Translations under genes and position numbers: made by a program
Part shown: piece after piece, positions 50,126 to 59,698 of the stretch
Layout: each line of letters starts with the position of its first letter
Position numbering within the stretch: position 1 is the first letter of the stretch
Source: Alphaproteobacteria bacterium
GTDB lineage: Bacteria; Pseudomonadota; Alphaproteobacteria; MPNO01
NCBI GenBank assembly: GCA_964291675.2
Contig: OZ219865.1
Coordinates: forward strand, 160,001 to 224,000
Direction of reading: 5' to 3'
Length of the DNA: 64,000 nucleotides
The notes under the pieces: generated by a model
Database searches by the model: none
What the model was told of the DNA's origin: nothing
Seen by the model: only the letters and a program-made list of their open reading frames with translations

Positions 50126-51537
50126 TGGCCGCCCGCGTGCTCGGCGAGTCCGCGCTCCGCGTCAGCGACTGCGTGACGGAGCTTCTGCGCAAGCAGCCCT
50201 TCTTCGGCAGCCTGGTGCTGAGGCTCCCGCTGCGCCCCGATCCCACCCGCAAGACGCTGGCGACGGACGGGAACGAGATCCGCTATTCGCCGCAGTGGGT
50301 GGCGGAGACGGAGGCGCACCTGATCGAGACCGCGATGGCGCGGGTGGTGATGGCGTGCGCCTTGAAACACCACACCCGCCGAGGCGAGCGCGATCCCGAG
50401 CGCTGGCAGATGGCCTCGCAGCTCGTCACCCATGCGCTCATCCGCGACGCCGGGTTCACGCTGCCGCCCGACGCCGAAGCCTGGGACGACCTCAGCGTCG
50501 AGCAGGCCTACGACCGCCTGCCGACGCCCGAGAACGACGATTCCGGCGACGATGGCGACGCCCCGTCCGGTGCTGACGATGCGGGTGCCTCCGCCGCCGC
50601 GGCCCAATCCTCACCAGACGGCGATAACGATGGCGCCGGCGACCCGTCCGATTCTGGCAATGGCGAGGAACCCCGGGACGAGCACGGGGACGATGACGAC
50701 CCGGACGAAGGGAACGGGGACGGCCAGAACGAGGCCAGCCAGGACCAGGGCGAGGATGCCGGATCCGATGCGCCGCCGAGCCACGATCCGTCCGGCACCG
50801 GCGAGGTCATGGACGCGAACGCGCGCGCGGGCGACGACGGCGATTCCGGCGAGGTCCCGCTGGACGTGGCCGCCGAGGAGCAGGCCTGGGACGAGGCCAT
50901 GCACCAGGCCCTCAACATCGCCCGCGCCGAAGGCAAGGTGCCGGGTCGGGTCGAGGAAACGGTGAAGGGCGCCCATGCCAGCACGCTCGACTGGCAGACG
51001 CTGCTGCGCCGCTACATGACCGACACGGCGAAGAGCGACTATTCCTGGAGCGTGCCCAACCGGCGCTTCATCGACTCCGGCCTCTACCTGCCGTCCATCC
51101 GTTCCGAGAGCATCGCGATAATCGCCTTCATCATCGACGTCTCGAGGTCGCTCCCGACCCCGACCCTCGCCGAGTTCTGGGGGGTGCTGCGCCAGGTCGC
51201 GACGGAAATCAGGCCCGAGCGCGTCATCGTCCTCCAGGTCGACACGATCCTGCAGGACGTGGCCGAATACGCCGCCGACGAGCTTCCCGAGGAGATCGTC
51301 GTCAAGGGCCGGGGCGGCACCGACTACCGCCCGGGCTTCGCATGGCTCGACGAGCAGGGCATCCGGCCCGGGGTGTGCCTGTATTTCACGGACATGGAGT
51401 GCTCCGACTACCCGGAGACCGAACCGACCTTCCCGGTGTTGTTCTGCGATTACGGCGACAAGGCAAGCCCCTGGCGGCACCCCGCGCCCTGGGGCGAGCG
51501 CATCGACATCGCCCCGGTCCGGGGAGCCCGGCCATGA
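50125..51537 (+). CDS. DUF2201/vWA-like domain protein
   Basis: PFFGSL, LATDG, acidic linker, DWQTLLRRY, PNRRF, IDVSRS (MIDAS), GRGGTDYRP. Confidence 0.82.
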   Translation: MAARVLGESALRVSDCVTELLRKQPFFGSLVLRLPLRPDPTRKTLATDGNEIRYSPQWVAETEAHLIETAMARVVMACALKHHTRRGERDPERWQMASQLVTHALIRDAGFTLPPDAEAWDDLSVEQAYDRLPTPENDDSGDDGDAPSGADDAGASAAAAQSSPDGDNDGAGDPSDSGNGEEPRDEHGDDDDPDEGNGDGQNEASQDQGEDAGSDAPPSHDPSGTGEVMDANARAGDDGDSGEVPLDVAAEEQAWDEAMHQALNIARAEGKVPGRVEETVKGAHASTLDWQTLLRRYMTDTAKSDYSWSVPNRRFIDSGLYLPSIRSESIAIIAFIIDVSRSLPTPTLAEFWGVLRQVATEIRPERVIVLQVDTILQDVAEYAADELPEEIVVKGRGGTDYRPGFAWLDEQGIRPGVCLYFTDMECSDYPETEPTFPVLFCDYGDKASPWRHPAPWGERIDIAPVRGARP

Positions 51538-52266
51538 CGCGCGATCCACGGCGCCCCGGCGGAGGCGCTCCGGCGGGCGCTCGAAGCCCTCGCCCAACTG
51601 TCTTTCTGGATCTCGTGGACCGCCGACCCCGATCCCGGCCTTCGCCCCCGCCCGCATGTCAGCGTTCGCAACATGCGCGACACGGCGACGGAACTCCGCA
51701 AGGCCGCGCGCCTGCTCGACGAAGCCGCCGAACGAGCCGATGAGGAGGCGCGGCGCGACCGCGATTCACCGGCCCCGCCGCCCCTCCGCCGTTAGCGGCG
51801 CCCTCATCCGCTTCGGCGAGCGCATGTTCGCCGGCGACGGGGCGGTGGCGTTCGGCAGGCCGCCGTATACGCCGGTCATGGTGAGCGGGATCGTCGCCTG
51901 GTGGCGCGCGGTCGCGGACCGGCTCGACGCGGCGATCCCGGTCCATGCCGGGCGGGCGGACGCGCTGGCCGCGCTCAAGCCTCACGATCGCGCGATGCGG
52001 GACACCGTCGAGGTCGAGCCTTGCCCGGGCGGCTATCGGCTTGTCCAACGGCCCCGTCCCGTAAGCCTGGTGTTATTTCAGCCCTGATCCCGTTGGTCCC
52101 GGACACGGCCCCGCACCGCCCTCCCGCCGCGGCATCCCGGCCCTGCCCGCAACGCCGCCGGGAGGCGGAGCGTGGGGCGGGGCCCGGGGCGGCGCGGACG
52201 GAGTTCCGGGAGGCGTTTCCCGAGCCCGCTTCCGTGCATTTCCACACACCACCGAGGGAGGTTCGC

Positions 52267-54705
52267 ATGAACTTCATCGCCCCCAGGGCCGAGCCGATCA
52301 TCCGGGAGATCCCGCTCTCCATGCTCGCGCTCGCGCCCGAGAACGTCCGCAAGACCCCGCCCGATCCGCAGGCCGACGCCGCGCTCAAGGCCTCGATCGC
52401 CGCTTTCGACCTGCTGGAGAACCTGGTCGTCCGCCCGGATCCCGGATCGGGGGAGCCTGCCCCGGCCCCCGAGCCGGAGGGACAGGCTATCGAACGCTAC
52501 GCCGTGATCGCCGGCGGGCGCCGCCTCAAGGCCATGCAGGAACTGGTCGAGGACGGCGTGTTCGATGCCGCCCATCCCGTGCCCTGCCAGGTCCGGTCCG
52601 GCGACGCCGCGACCGGCGAGATTTCGCTCGCCGAGAACGTGGTGCGCATCGCCATGCACCCCGCCGACCAGGTGACGGCCTTCGCCGAGCTGGTCGCGGC
52701 CGGCCAGTCGGTCGCCGCCATCGCGGCGCGCTTCGGCGCGTCGGAACGGATCGTCGAGCAGCGGCTCCGCCTTGGCAACGCCGCGCCCGAGCTGCTGGAC
52801 GCCTACCGCGGGGGCGATATCGACCTGGAGACGCTCAAGGCCTTCGCGGTGACCGCCGACCATGCCCGCCAGATGGCGGTGTGGGAGCAGGTCTCCGGCC
52901 AGGGCTACCGGCCCGCGGCCGCGCAGGTGAAGCGCATGCTGACCGAGGAGCGGGTGCCGGCGAACGTCGCCATCGCCCGCTTCGTGGGCGTCGACGCCTA
53001 CGAGGCCGCGGGCGGCGCGGTCATGCGCGACCTGTTCGCCGACGAGCACGAGCACGGCGTCTGGTTCGAGGACCCGGCGCTGCTGGAGACGCTGGCGATG
53101 GACAAGCTCCGGGCCGCCGCCGACGAGCTCGCGACCCGCTGGAAATGGGCGATCCCGATGATCGAGGCAGGGTGGGACGACACCGCCTCCTACGGCCGCA
53201 TCGAGCCGCAGCCCGGCGTTCCCACCGACGAGGAGAAGGCCGAGATCGAGAAGCTTGAGGCCCGCTACGACGAGCTCCGCGGCCTCGACGACGACGCGTG
53301 GACCGAGGCCCTGGTCGAGGAAGCCGAACGCATCGAGGCCCGGCTCGACGAGATCGGGGGCGCCGTCGAGGCCCGCGCCATGTGGCGGCGCGAGGATTTC
53401 GCGATGGCGGGGTGCATCGCCACCGTCAACGGCAACGGCTCCCTCCATGTCATCGCCGGGCTGGTCAAGCCGGAAGACATGCCGAAGCCGGCGCAGTCCG
53501 ACGACGCGGCAACGCAGACCGCCAGCGGCCTCGAACCGGACGCCGCGGCCCATGGCACGCAGGCCGCCGGCCCGGTCGTCTCCCAGCCCATGGCGGGGCC
53601 GAGGAACCGCGAGGCCGAGGCGCGCAAGGAGGCGGGCGTTGGGATCGGTCTCGCCGACGACCTGCGTTCGATCCGCACCGCGCTCATCAAGGCCCATCTC
53701 GCCGGTAACTTCGAGGCCGCCTTCGACCTCGCGCTGTTCCAGATGGTCCGTGCGGTGTTCACGCCGGGCTACCACGACCACGCCCTCGACATCGCGTTCA
53801 ACGAGACCCCGGACCGCCCCAACACCCGCAAAAACGACGCGGACTTCGCGGCCTGGTCGCCGGGCGAGGCGATGCTGGCGGACCGCTCGCGCCTGTCCTT
53901 CGACTGGCTGGAGATCGAGGACGACGGCGAGTCCTTCGCGGCCTTGAGGGCACTGCCCCAGGCGGACAAGGAGGCGCTGTTCGCGGCCAGCGTCGCGCGC
54001 ACGGTGATGGGCCAGCTCGCCTTCGAGCCCCAGGCGCGGCCCGAGCTCGAAGCTACCGTCGCCCGGCTCGACATCGACTTCGCGGCCCATGTCCGCCCGA
54101 CCGCCGACATGCTGTGGTCGCGCATCGCCAAGGCCCGGGTCCTCGACATCGCCCGCACGGTGTTCGGGCTCGCTTGGGCGTCGGCGCGGTCCAAGTACAA
54201 GAAGCCGGCCCTGGCCGAAGCCATGGAGGCCGCCTTCACTGCCGACGAGCCGCCGGTCGGCGTGAGCGCTTCGATGCACGCCGCCGCACTCGCCTGGGTC
54301 CCGCCCGGGTTCACGGCGTTCGACACCGGCCAAGCGGTCGGCGACGCCGGGGACGCGGCGACCGCGGCCGCCCAATCCGACGCGGGCCCCGCAGACGACG
54401 CGGAAGCGGCTGCCGCGGCGCCTGCCGACGGCAACGGCCATGTCGTCCCGCCGGAGCCTGAACCGGCGACCGCGGAACGCGGTGACGGCGCTCCCACCGG
54501 AGACGCCGGGCGCCAGATCGGCGGCACGAACGGCGAGGCCGAACCCGATTGCGGCACGGACGAGCCCGGGAACGGACACGCCGACGCCGCGCCGGCAACG
54601 GACGAGGCCGGACATGCCGGTCCGATCCCTCCGGTTCCGGCCAACGGGCGCGACGCCAGCCCGGACCCGATGGAGATCCCCGAGTTCCTCCGCCGCGTCC
54701 AGTAG
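52267..54705 (+). CDS. ParB/RepB/Spo0J family protein (long plasmid/ICE type)
   Basis: LAPENVRKT, LKASIAAFDLLENLVV, VIAGGRRL, SLAENVVRIAMHPADQ, YEAAGG...DLF. Confidence 0.88.
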   Translation: MNFIAPRAEPIIREIPLSMLALAPENVRKTPPDPQADAALKASIAAFDLLENLVVRPDPGSGEPAPAPEPEGQAIERYAVIAGGRRLKAMQELVEDGVFDAAHPVPCQVRSGDAATGEISLAENVVRIAMHPADQVTAFAELVAAGQSVAAIAARFGASERIVEQRLRLGNAAPELLDAYRGGDIDLETLKAFAVTADHARQMAVWEQVSGQGYRPAAAQVKRMLTEERVPANVAIARFVGVDAYEAAGGAVMRDLFADEHEHGVWFEDPALLETLAMDKLRAAADELATRWKWAIPMIEAGWDDTASYGRIEPQPGVPTDEEKAEIEKLEARYDELRGLDDDAWTEALVEEAERIEARLDEIGGAVEARAMWRREDFAMAGCIATVNGNGSLHVIAGLVKPEDMPKPAQSDDAATQTASGLEPDAAAHGTQAAGPVVSQPMAGPRNREAEARKEAGVGIGLADDLRSIRTALIKAHLAGNFEAAFDLALFQMVRAVFTPGYHDHALDIAFNETPDRPNTRKNDADFAAWSPGEAMLADRSRLSFDWLEIEDDGESFAALRALPQADKEALFAASVARTVMGQLAFEPQARPELEATVARLDIDFAAHVRPTADMLWSRIAKARVLDIARTVFGLAWASARSKYKKPALAEAMEAAFTADEPPVGVSASMHAAALAWVPPGFTAFDTGQAVGDAGDAATAAAQSDAGPADDAEAAAAAPADGNGHVVPPEPEPATAERGDGAPTGDAGRQIGGTNGEAEPDCGTDEPGNGHADAAPATDEAGHAGPIPPVPANGRDASPDPMEIPEFLRRVQ

Positions 54706-54818
54706 GAAGCCGCAAGCCCGACCGGAACGCCCCGCCGGCAACTCGACGCCCCCGGCTCGCAGGCCGGGGCAGGCTGGCGGGGCGTTTCCGTTTCCGCACC
54801 CCGCATGGAGGTCCGCCC

Positions 54819-56576
54819 ATGAACCGCGCGATCCGCGCCCGTATCCACGAGAACGCCGTCAAGCGCGTCACCCGCATCTACGCCGCAACCCTCGCCGACA
54901 TCTTCGCCGAGACCCTCCAGAACAGCCGCCGCGCCGGCGCCACGCGGGTGCGCGTTTCGGTTGCCGCGCCCGCCGCCCCGCCTGGCGACACCGCCACCGC
55001 GGCCGGCGAGACGCCGCTTACCGTCACCGTTTCCGACGACGGCGCCGGCATCGCCGACCCCGCCGTCCTGCTGAGCTTCGGCGAGAACGGCTGGGACGAC
55101 GCGACGGTCCGGCGCGAGGACGCCGCCGGGTTCGGCTTCGCCAGCCTGGCGCGCCGCGACTGCGCCGTGTCCTCCCGGCCGCGTTCGCCGAACGGGGAGT
55201 TCCTGTCTGGCTGGCGCGTCGCGCTCGCGCCGGAGCATTTCCTCGGAGAGGCGGACGCCGAGGTGCAGGCCGACGAATCCGCCCCGTATCCGTACGGGAC
55301 GGCGATTTCGTTCGTGGCCACGGAGTCCGCCGCCGCGATCCGCAACGCGGCCGAGACCGCCGCCCGGCACTACCCGCTGCCGGTGACGTTCGAGGACGGC
55401 ACCGGGGACGATGCCGCCGTCCACGCGCTGCCGCGCCGCGCCTTCCTCGACGGCGCCGTCCATGCCGAACCGTGGCGGGGTCTGGTGTTCGGCGTCTTTC
55501 GCAACCGCCGCGGCGGCTACAACGACCCCCACCTCAACTTCCACGGCCTTACGCTCACGGTCGGCCTGCCCACCGTCGAGACCGTCCACGGCGCGCCCTG
55601 GACCGTCCTCGCCGACGTCGACGACTGCCCCGACCTCGAGCTGGTCCTGCCGGCCCGCAAGGAAGCGGTCGAGAACGATTTTCTCAAGGAGATGAGGGAG
55701 GCCGCCCGGCTCTCGATCTACCGCGCCATGGCCGCCGATCCGAACCCGCGTCCCGCCTTCGAGGACTGGACGCGGGCGCGCGGGGCCGGCATCGAGATCG
55801 CGCCGCCTCCCGCCATGCTGCGCCCCTGGCGGCCGGCAACGGCGGACGTCGACGACTGGCGCGACCCGCCGAAGCTCGCCCCCGCGGGCGCGGACGCCCT
55901 CGTCATGGACTGCGACACCGAGCCGCCGGAAGACCAGGCGCTGTGGCGTGCCGCCGAGCGGGCCGGGATCGCATCCCGCCTGTTCGGGACCGACCGCAGG
56001 CTCGAAGGCTATGGCTGGTACGACGCCCTCGACCGCGTGACCGGCGTCGCCATAGAAGTCACGCTGGACGGCAAGCGGTACGCGCTCGACGACACCCCGC
56101 TGCCGGAGCGGACCGGACCCACCGCCGCGCTGCTCCCGCCCCGTCCCGAGGCGGTCGGCATCGCGCTCGCGGTCCGCACGCCGGACGGGCAGTCCCGCAC
56201 CCTGGACCTGCCGGCCGACGTCGCGTTCGCGGGCGAGGCGTGGTGCGGGTTCGAAGACGCGGTGCCGCTGCTGGCCGTGGACAGCGCTCTCCAGCCGCAC
56301 GAGCTGGCCGTTCTGCTCAGGGCCGGGTTCTTCTCGCCCTCGGACGATATGGAGGCGGACAGCTGGGAGACCCAGAGGGACCGCTTCGACGAGGACGCGC
56401 TGCACCTGGCGACCCGGCTGCTGCTCGGCGACGACGAGGCCTGCCGGCTATCCATCGCCGAGACCGTCCGGCGCGAGCTGATGTGGCTCGTGCCCGGGGA
56501 CCGTGGCGTCGACATCCGCATCCGCCGGCCCGACGTGACGGTGACGCTCGCCGCCGCCGGGGAGACCGCGCCGTGA
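54819..56576 (+). CDS. GHKL/HATPase-domain ATP-binding protein
   Basis: ETLQNSRRAGA, VSDDGAGI, DAAGFGFASL. Confidence 0.8.
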   Translation: MNRAIRARIHENAVKRVTRIYAATLADIFAETLQNSRRAGATRVRVSVAAPAAPPGDTATAAGETPLTVTVSDDGAGIADPAVLLSFGENGWDDATVRREDAAGFGFASLARRDCAVSSRPRSPNGEFLSGWRVALAPEHFLGEADAEVQADESAPYPYGTAISFVATESAAAIRNAAETAARHYPLPVTFEDGTGDDAAVHALPRRAFLDGAVHAEPWRGLVFGVFRNRRGGYNDPHLNFHGLTLTVGLPTVETVHGAPWTVLADVDDCPDLELVLPARKEAVENDFLKEMREAARLSIYRAMAADPNPRPAFEDWTRARGAGIEIAPPPAMLRPWRPATADVDDWRDPPKLAPAGADALVMDCDTEPPEDQALWRAAERAGIASRLFGTDRRLEGYGWYDALDRVTGVAIEVTLDGKRYALDDTPLPERTGPTAALLPPRPEAVGIALAVRTPDGQSRTLDLPADVAFAGEAWCGFEDAVPLLAVDSALQPHELAVLLRAGFFSPSDDMEADSWETQRDRFDEDALHLATRLLLGDDEACRLSIAETVRRELMWLVPGDRGVDIRIRRPDVTVTLAAAGETAP

Positions 56577-57049
56577 AGCGGCGGTTCACGGTGCAGTGCG
56601 GCTACAACGCGGCCTACGCCAACACCGTCACCGTCGAGGCCCACACGCTCGAGGAAGCGCTGGAGAAAGCCGTCGCGGCGGCCAACGAGGACGCCGAGGG
56701 GTGGCGACCGACCGATCATTGCTCGGACACCTTCGTCGACGCGGTGTGCGAGGGCGTCGGCGATCCCTGGGGCGACAGCTCGCTCCCCATTCCCGGCCGG
56801 TTCTCCGAGCACGGCGAGCCGCCCGTGGTCACGCTCACCGACCCGGTTCCGCCCGGCGCCGTCGAGGTCTCGGGCGGGAAGGCGCTGGTGCGCATCGTCG
56901 GCGCGGCCGGCGCGGTCGCGTCCGAGCTCGGCGACCCGCCCCATCCTCCGGCGAACAAGCCGCTGGTGACGGTATCGGTCGATCCGGACGGGAGGCCCGA
57001 CGTCCGGGTCGAGGGCGGCGCCGCAAGGGTGCGCATCCTCGACGCCTGA
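56573..57049 (+). CDS. Hypothetical protein
   Basis: GTGA-coupled to the GHKL gene; VTVEAHTLEEALEKA motif. Confidence 0.6.
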   Translation: MKRRFTVQCGYNAAYANTVTVEAHTLEEALEKAVAAANEDAEGWRPTDHCSDTFVDAVCEGVGDPWGDSSLPIPGRFSEHGEPPVVTLTDPVPPGAVEVSGGKALVRIVGAAGAVASELGDPPHPPANKPLVTVSVDPDGRPDVRVEGGAARVRILDA

Positions 57050-57194
57050 CCGGTTCCGCCGCGCCGCCGGTCCGTCTCTCCCCAATCCCCGCGCGCGCCG
57101 CCCGGAGAGGAGGCCGGCCGCCGCCCGGACGAGGAGACCGGCGGCGCGGGAGCGTCCCGGCTCCTCCCCGTCCCAACCTGCCGAGGAGGCCTCC

Positions 57195-57965
57195 ATGCCC
57201 GACGACGCACCGGGCCTCGACGACATGCCGCTCTTCGACATGATCCCGCCTCCCGCCCAAGGCGCGATCGCCGGTCCGAGGCAGGCCCCGGTCCGGGAGG
57301 CGGCCCGGCATCGCCGGCTCCGGGCCCGCTTCCTGCGCGGCGGCAGGGAGGCGGTCGACGAGAGCGAGCTGCTGGAGCTGCTGCTGTCCGGCCGCCCCGG
57401 CACGACCGACCCCGGCGAACTCGCCGCCGCCCTGCTGAAGACGTTCGGCACCGCGCCCCGCGTCCTCGCCGCCCGGCCCGACCGTCTGCGCGCCGTACCC
57501 GGCCTTTCCGAGGACGCCGTCGCCGCAATCAAGGCCGCCGAGGCGCTCGGCATCCGCATGGCGCGGGAGGACGTGCCCGACACCGTGCGTCCCTCCTTCG
57601 CCAACTACGACAAGGTCGTCGAGTACTGCCGCACGCTGGCAGGCCACCGCGAGGTCGAGGAGTTCCATCTGCTCTATCTCGACCGCAAGAACCGGCTCAT
57701 CGTCGAAGAGCTGCACCAGCACGGCTCGATCAGCCACACCCCGGTCTATCCCCGCGAGATCTGCGTGCGCTGCCTGGAGCTCCGGGCGAGCGCCCTCATC
57801 GCGATCCACAATCACCCGTCATCGGACCCGCAGCCGTCGAAGGCGGATATCGACATGACGCAGCGCATCAAGGAGGCCCTCGGGACGATCGGCGTCACGC
57901 TGCACGACCACATCGTCGTGACCCCGTCCGGCTCGGTGAGCTTCCGGCAGCGCGGGCTGCTCTGA
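57195..57965 (+). CDS. radC: RadC-like JAB/MPN domain protein
   Basis: HRRLRARF, YPREI, HNHPSSDPQPSKAD, LHDHIVV. Confidence 0.92.
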   Translation: MPDDAPGLDDMPLFDMIPPPAQGAIAGPRQAPVREAARHRRLRARFLRGGREAVDESELLELLLSGRPGTTDPGELAAALLKTFGTAPRVLAARPDRLRAVPGLSEDAVAAIKAAEALGIRMAREDVPDTVRPSFANYDKVVEYCRTLAGHREVEEFHLLYLDRKNRLIVEELHQHGSISHTPVYPREICVRCLELRASALIAIHNHPSSDPQPSKADIDMTQRIKEALGTIGVTLHDHIVVTPSGSVSFRQRGLL

Positions 57966-57978
57966 CGGGCGCCGGCCC

Positions 57979-58248
57979 CTAACGGCCGTCTTCTCCGTCC
58001 GGGCCGCCGTCCCGCCGCGACGCACCCCAGGGGTCGGGCGTGCCGTGCCCGGGCCTCGGCGGCCTCGAGAAGCACCGCATCCCGCAGAGCTCGAGATGGG
58101 ACACCACGGCATTCGCGACAGGCCGGAGCCGGTCGTGGTCGCCGGGCCGGCGCTTCTTCGGCCACAAGCGCGCCGCTTCGCGCAGCGCCATCTCGATCGT
58201 GAACTCGAGGTCGCCCCGCGAGACCGGGCGGTTGTAATCGTCGTTCAT
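57979..58248 (-). CDS. Small hypothetical protein divergent from SRAP
   Basis: MNDDYNRPVSRGDLEFTIEMAL...AVVSHLELCGMRCF. Confidence 0.55.
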   Translation of the reverse strand: MNDDYNRPVSRGDLEFTIEMALREAARLWPKKRRPGDHDRLRPVANAVVSHLELCGMRCFSRPPRPGHGTPDPWGASRRDGGPDGEDGR

Positions 58249-58267
58249 GCCGCGGACCCTGCCACAA

Positions 58268-58282
58268 GAACATTTCAAGAAC
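58268..58282. promoter_or_regulatory. Alphaproteobacterial LexA (SOS) box
   Basis: GAAC-atttcaa-GAAC direct repeat between the divergent hypothetical and SRAP genes. Confidence 0.75.
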
Positions 58283-58322
58283 AACATGACAGTCCGATGC
58301 CGCTGCGTGTAGTGTCCCGGTC

Positions 58323-59018
58323 ATGTGCGGCCGCTTCACCAACCGGCTCTCATGGAGAGAGCTGCACGAGCTGATGGACCTGGCCGGGACGCCGCTCAAC
58401 CTGCGGCCCCGCTACAACGTCGCGCCGGGCCAGGACATCGCGGTCGTCCGCGCCGAGGCAGGCGCCGGCCGCGGCCTCGCCATGCTCCGCTGGGGGCTGA
58501 TCCCGGCCTGGGCGAAGGATCCCACCATCGCCTGGAAGCTCATCAACGCGCGCTCGGAGACGGCGGCGCAGAAGCCGTCCTTCCGCGCGGCCTTCCGCCA
58601 CCGGCGCTGCCTGATCCCGGCCGACGGGTTCTACGAGTGGGAGCGTCGCGGAGGAGTCCGCCAGCCCTGGCTGTTCGGTCTCCAGGACGGCGCGCCCTTC
58701 GCCTTCGCCGGGCTGTGGGAGCAATGGCGGATCCCGGAGGGCGCGGCGCTCACCGGATCGCTCACCGAGCGCAGTCCGGGCGATTCCATCGAGACCTGCA
58801 CCATCCTCACCACCGCCGCCAACGACACGGTGGCGGCGGTGCATGGCCGCATGCCGGTGATCCTGCCGCCGGAGGCCTACGGCCCCTGGCTGGCTGGCGA
58901 TGACGTGCCGCTCGGGCCGTATCCGGCAGACGCGATGACCGCCCATCCGGTGAGCACGCTGGTCAACCGGGCGGCCAACGAAGACCCGCGCTGCGTCGAG
59001 CCGATCGCGCTGACCTGA
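58323..59018 (+). CDS. SOS response-associated peptidase (SRAP/YedK/HMCES family)
   Basis: MCGRF, RYNVAPGQ, WGLIPAW, INARSET, ADGFYEW, HGRMPVIL. Confidence 0.95.
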   Translation: MCGRFTNRLSWRELHELMDLAGTPLNLRPRYNVAPGQDIAVVRAEAGAGRGLAMLRWGLIPAWAKDPTIAWKLINARSETAAQKPSFRAAFRHRRCLIPADGFYEWERRGGVRQPWLFGLQDGAPFAFAGLWEQWRIPEGAALTGSLTERSPGDSIETCTILTTAANDTVAAVHGRMPVILPPEAYGPWLAGDDVPLGPYPADAMTAHPVSTLVNRAANEDPRCVEPIALT

Positions 59019-59254
59019 GCCCCGGCCGCCCGGCGGCCTGAGCCACCCCCAACCCGACAACCCCGTTCCGGAGCGGTCCCGCCGTTCCGTTCGCGCCGCC
59101 GCGCCCTTCGCCGCCCGGAGTCCGGCCAGCCGGCCGGGGGCGGTCCGGCGGGGCGGGGCGGTGGGAGGGCCGGGCGATCGGCCGCCATTGCCCCGGCAAC
59201 GACGCCCCGGCCGGAGCGATCGCTTTCGCATCTTCCACGAACAGGAGCCTGGCC

Positions 59255-59671
59255 ATGCCCGATCCCGAACCCGGCACCGCATTCGGTCCCGTGATCGACG
59301 CCTACACCCGCGCCCAGGCGATCGAGGATGGCATCCTCGTCGATGTCTCCGACTCCGCTCGGCAGGCTGGTTTCAAGATCCCCGTCGCGGTCACGCGCTC
59401 GGTCTGGGAACGGCTGGTCGCCCTGCCCGAGGGCTACCTGGGCTTCCAGGACGAGAGCGGGCGCCTCTGGGACGTCCTCTGGATGGCGCACTACTACGCG
59501 GTCCGCGCCTCGAACAGCGACCGCGTGAGGATGTGCGTGCTGGTGCGCGACATCCGCAGGGACCTGCGCGACAGCAACCGGCCGCCCCGCAGGCACTTCC
59601 CGATCGTGGCGATCGGCGCCGGCGACAGCGGTGAGGCTGTCATCACCATTATGTGGCCCGAAGACGACTGA
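59255..59671 (+). CDS. DUF6573-like protein
   Basis: YTRAQAIEDGILVDVS...QDESGRLWDVLW...ITIMWPED. Confidence 0.7.
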   Translation: MPDPEPGTAFGPVIDAYTRAQAIEDGILVDVSDSARQAGFKIPVAVTRSVWERLVALPEGYLGFQDESGRLWDVLWMAHYYAVRASNSDRVRMCVLVRDIRRDLRDSNRPPRRHFPIVAIGAGDSGEAVITIMWPEDD

Positions 59672-59698
59672 GCGCGGTCAGCCCTCTCCACCCACCGC

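Noticed and set aside
59065-59079. Second LexA box (GTTC-N7-GTCC)
   Set aside because: Mismatch in one half-site, GC-rich spacer, and it overlaps a hairpin region
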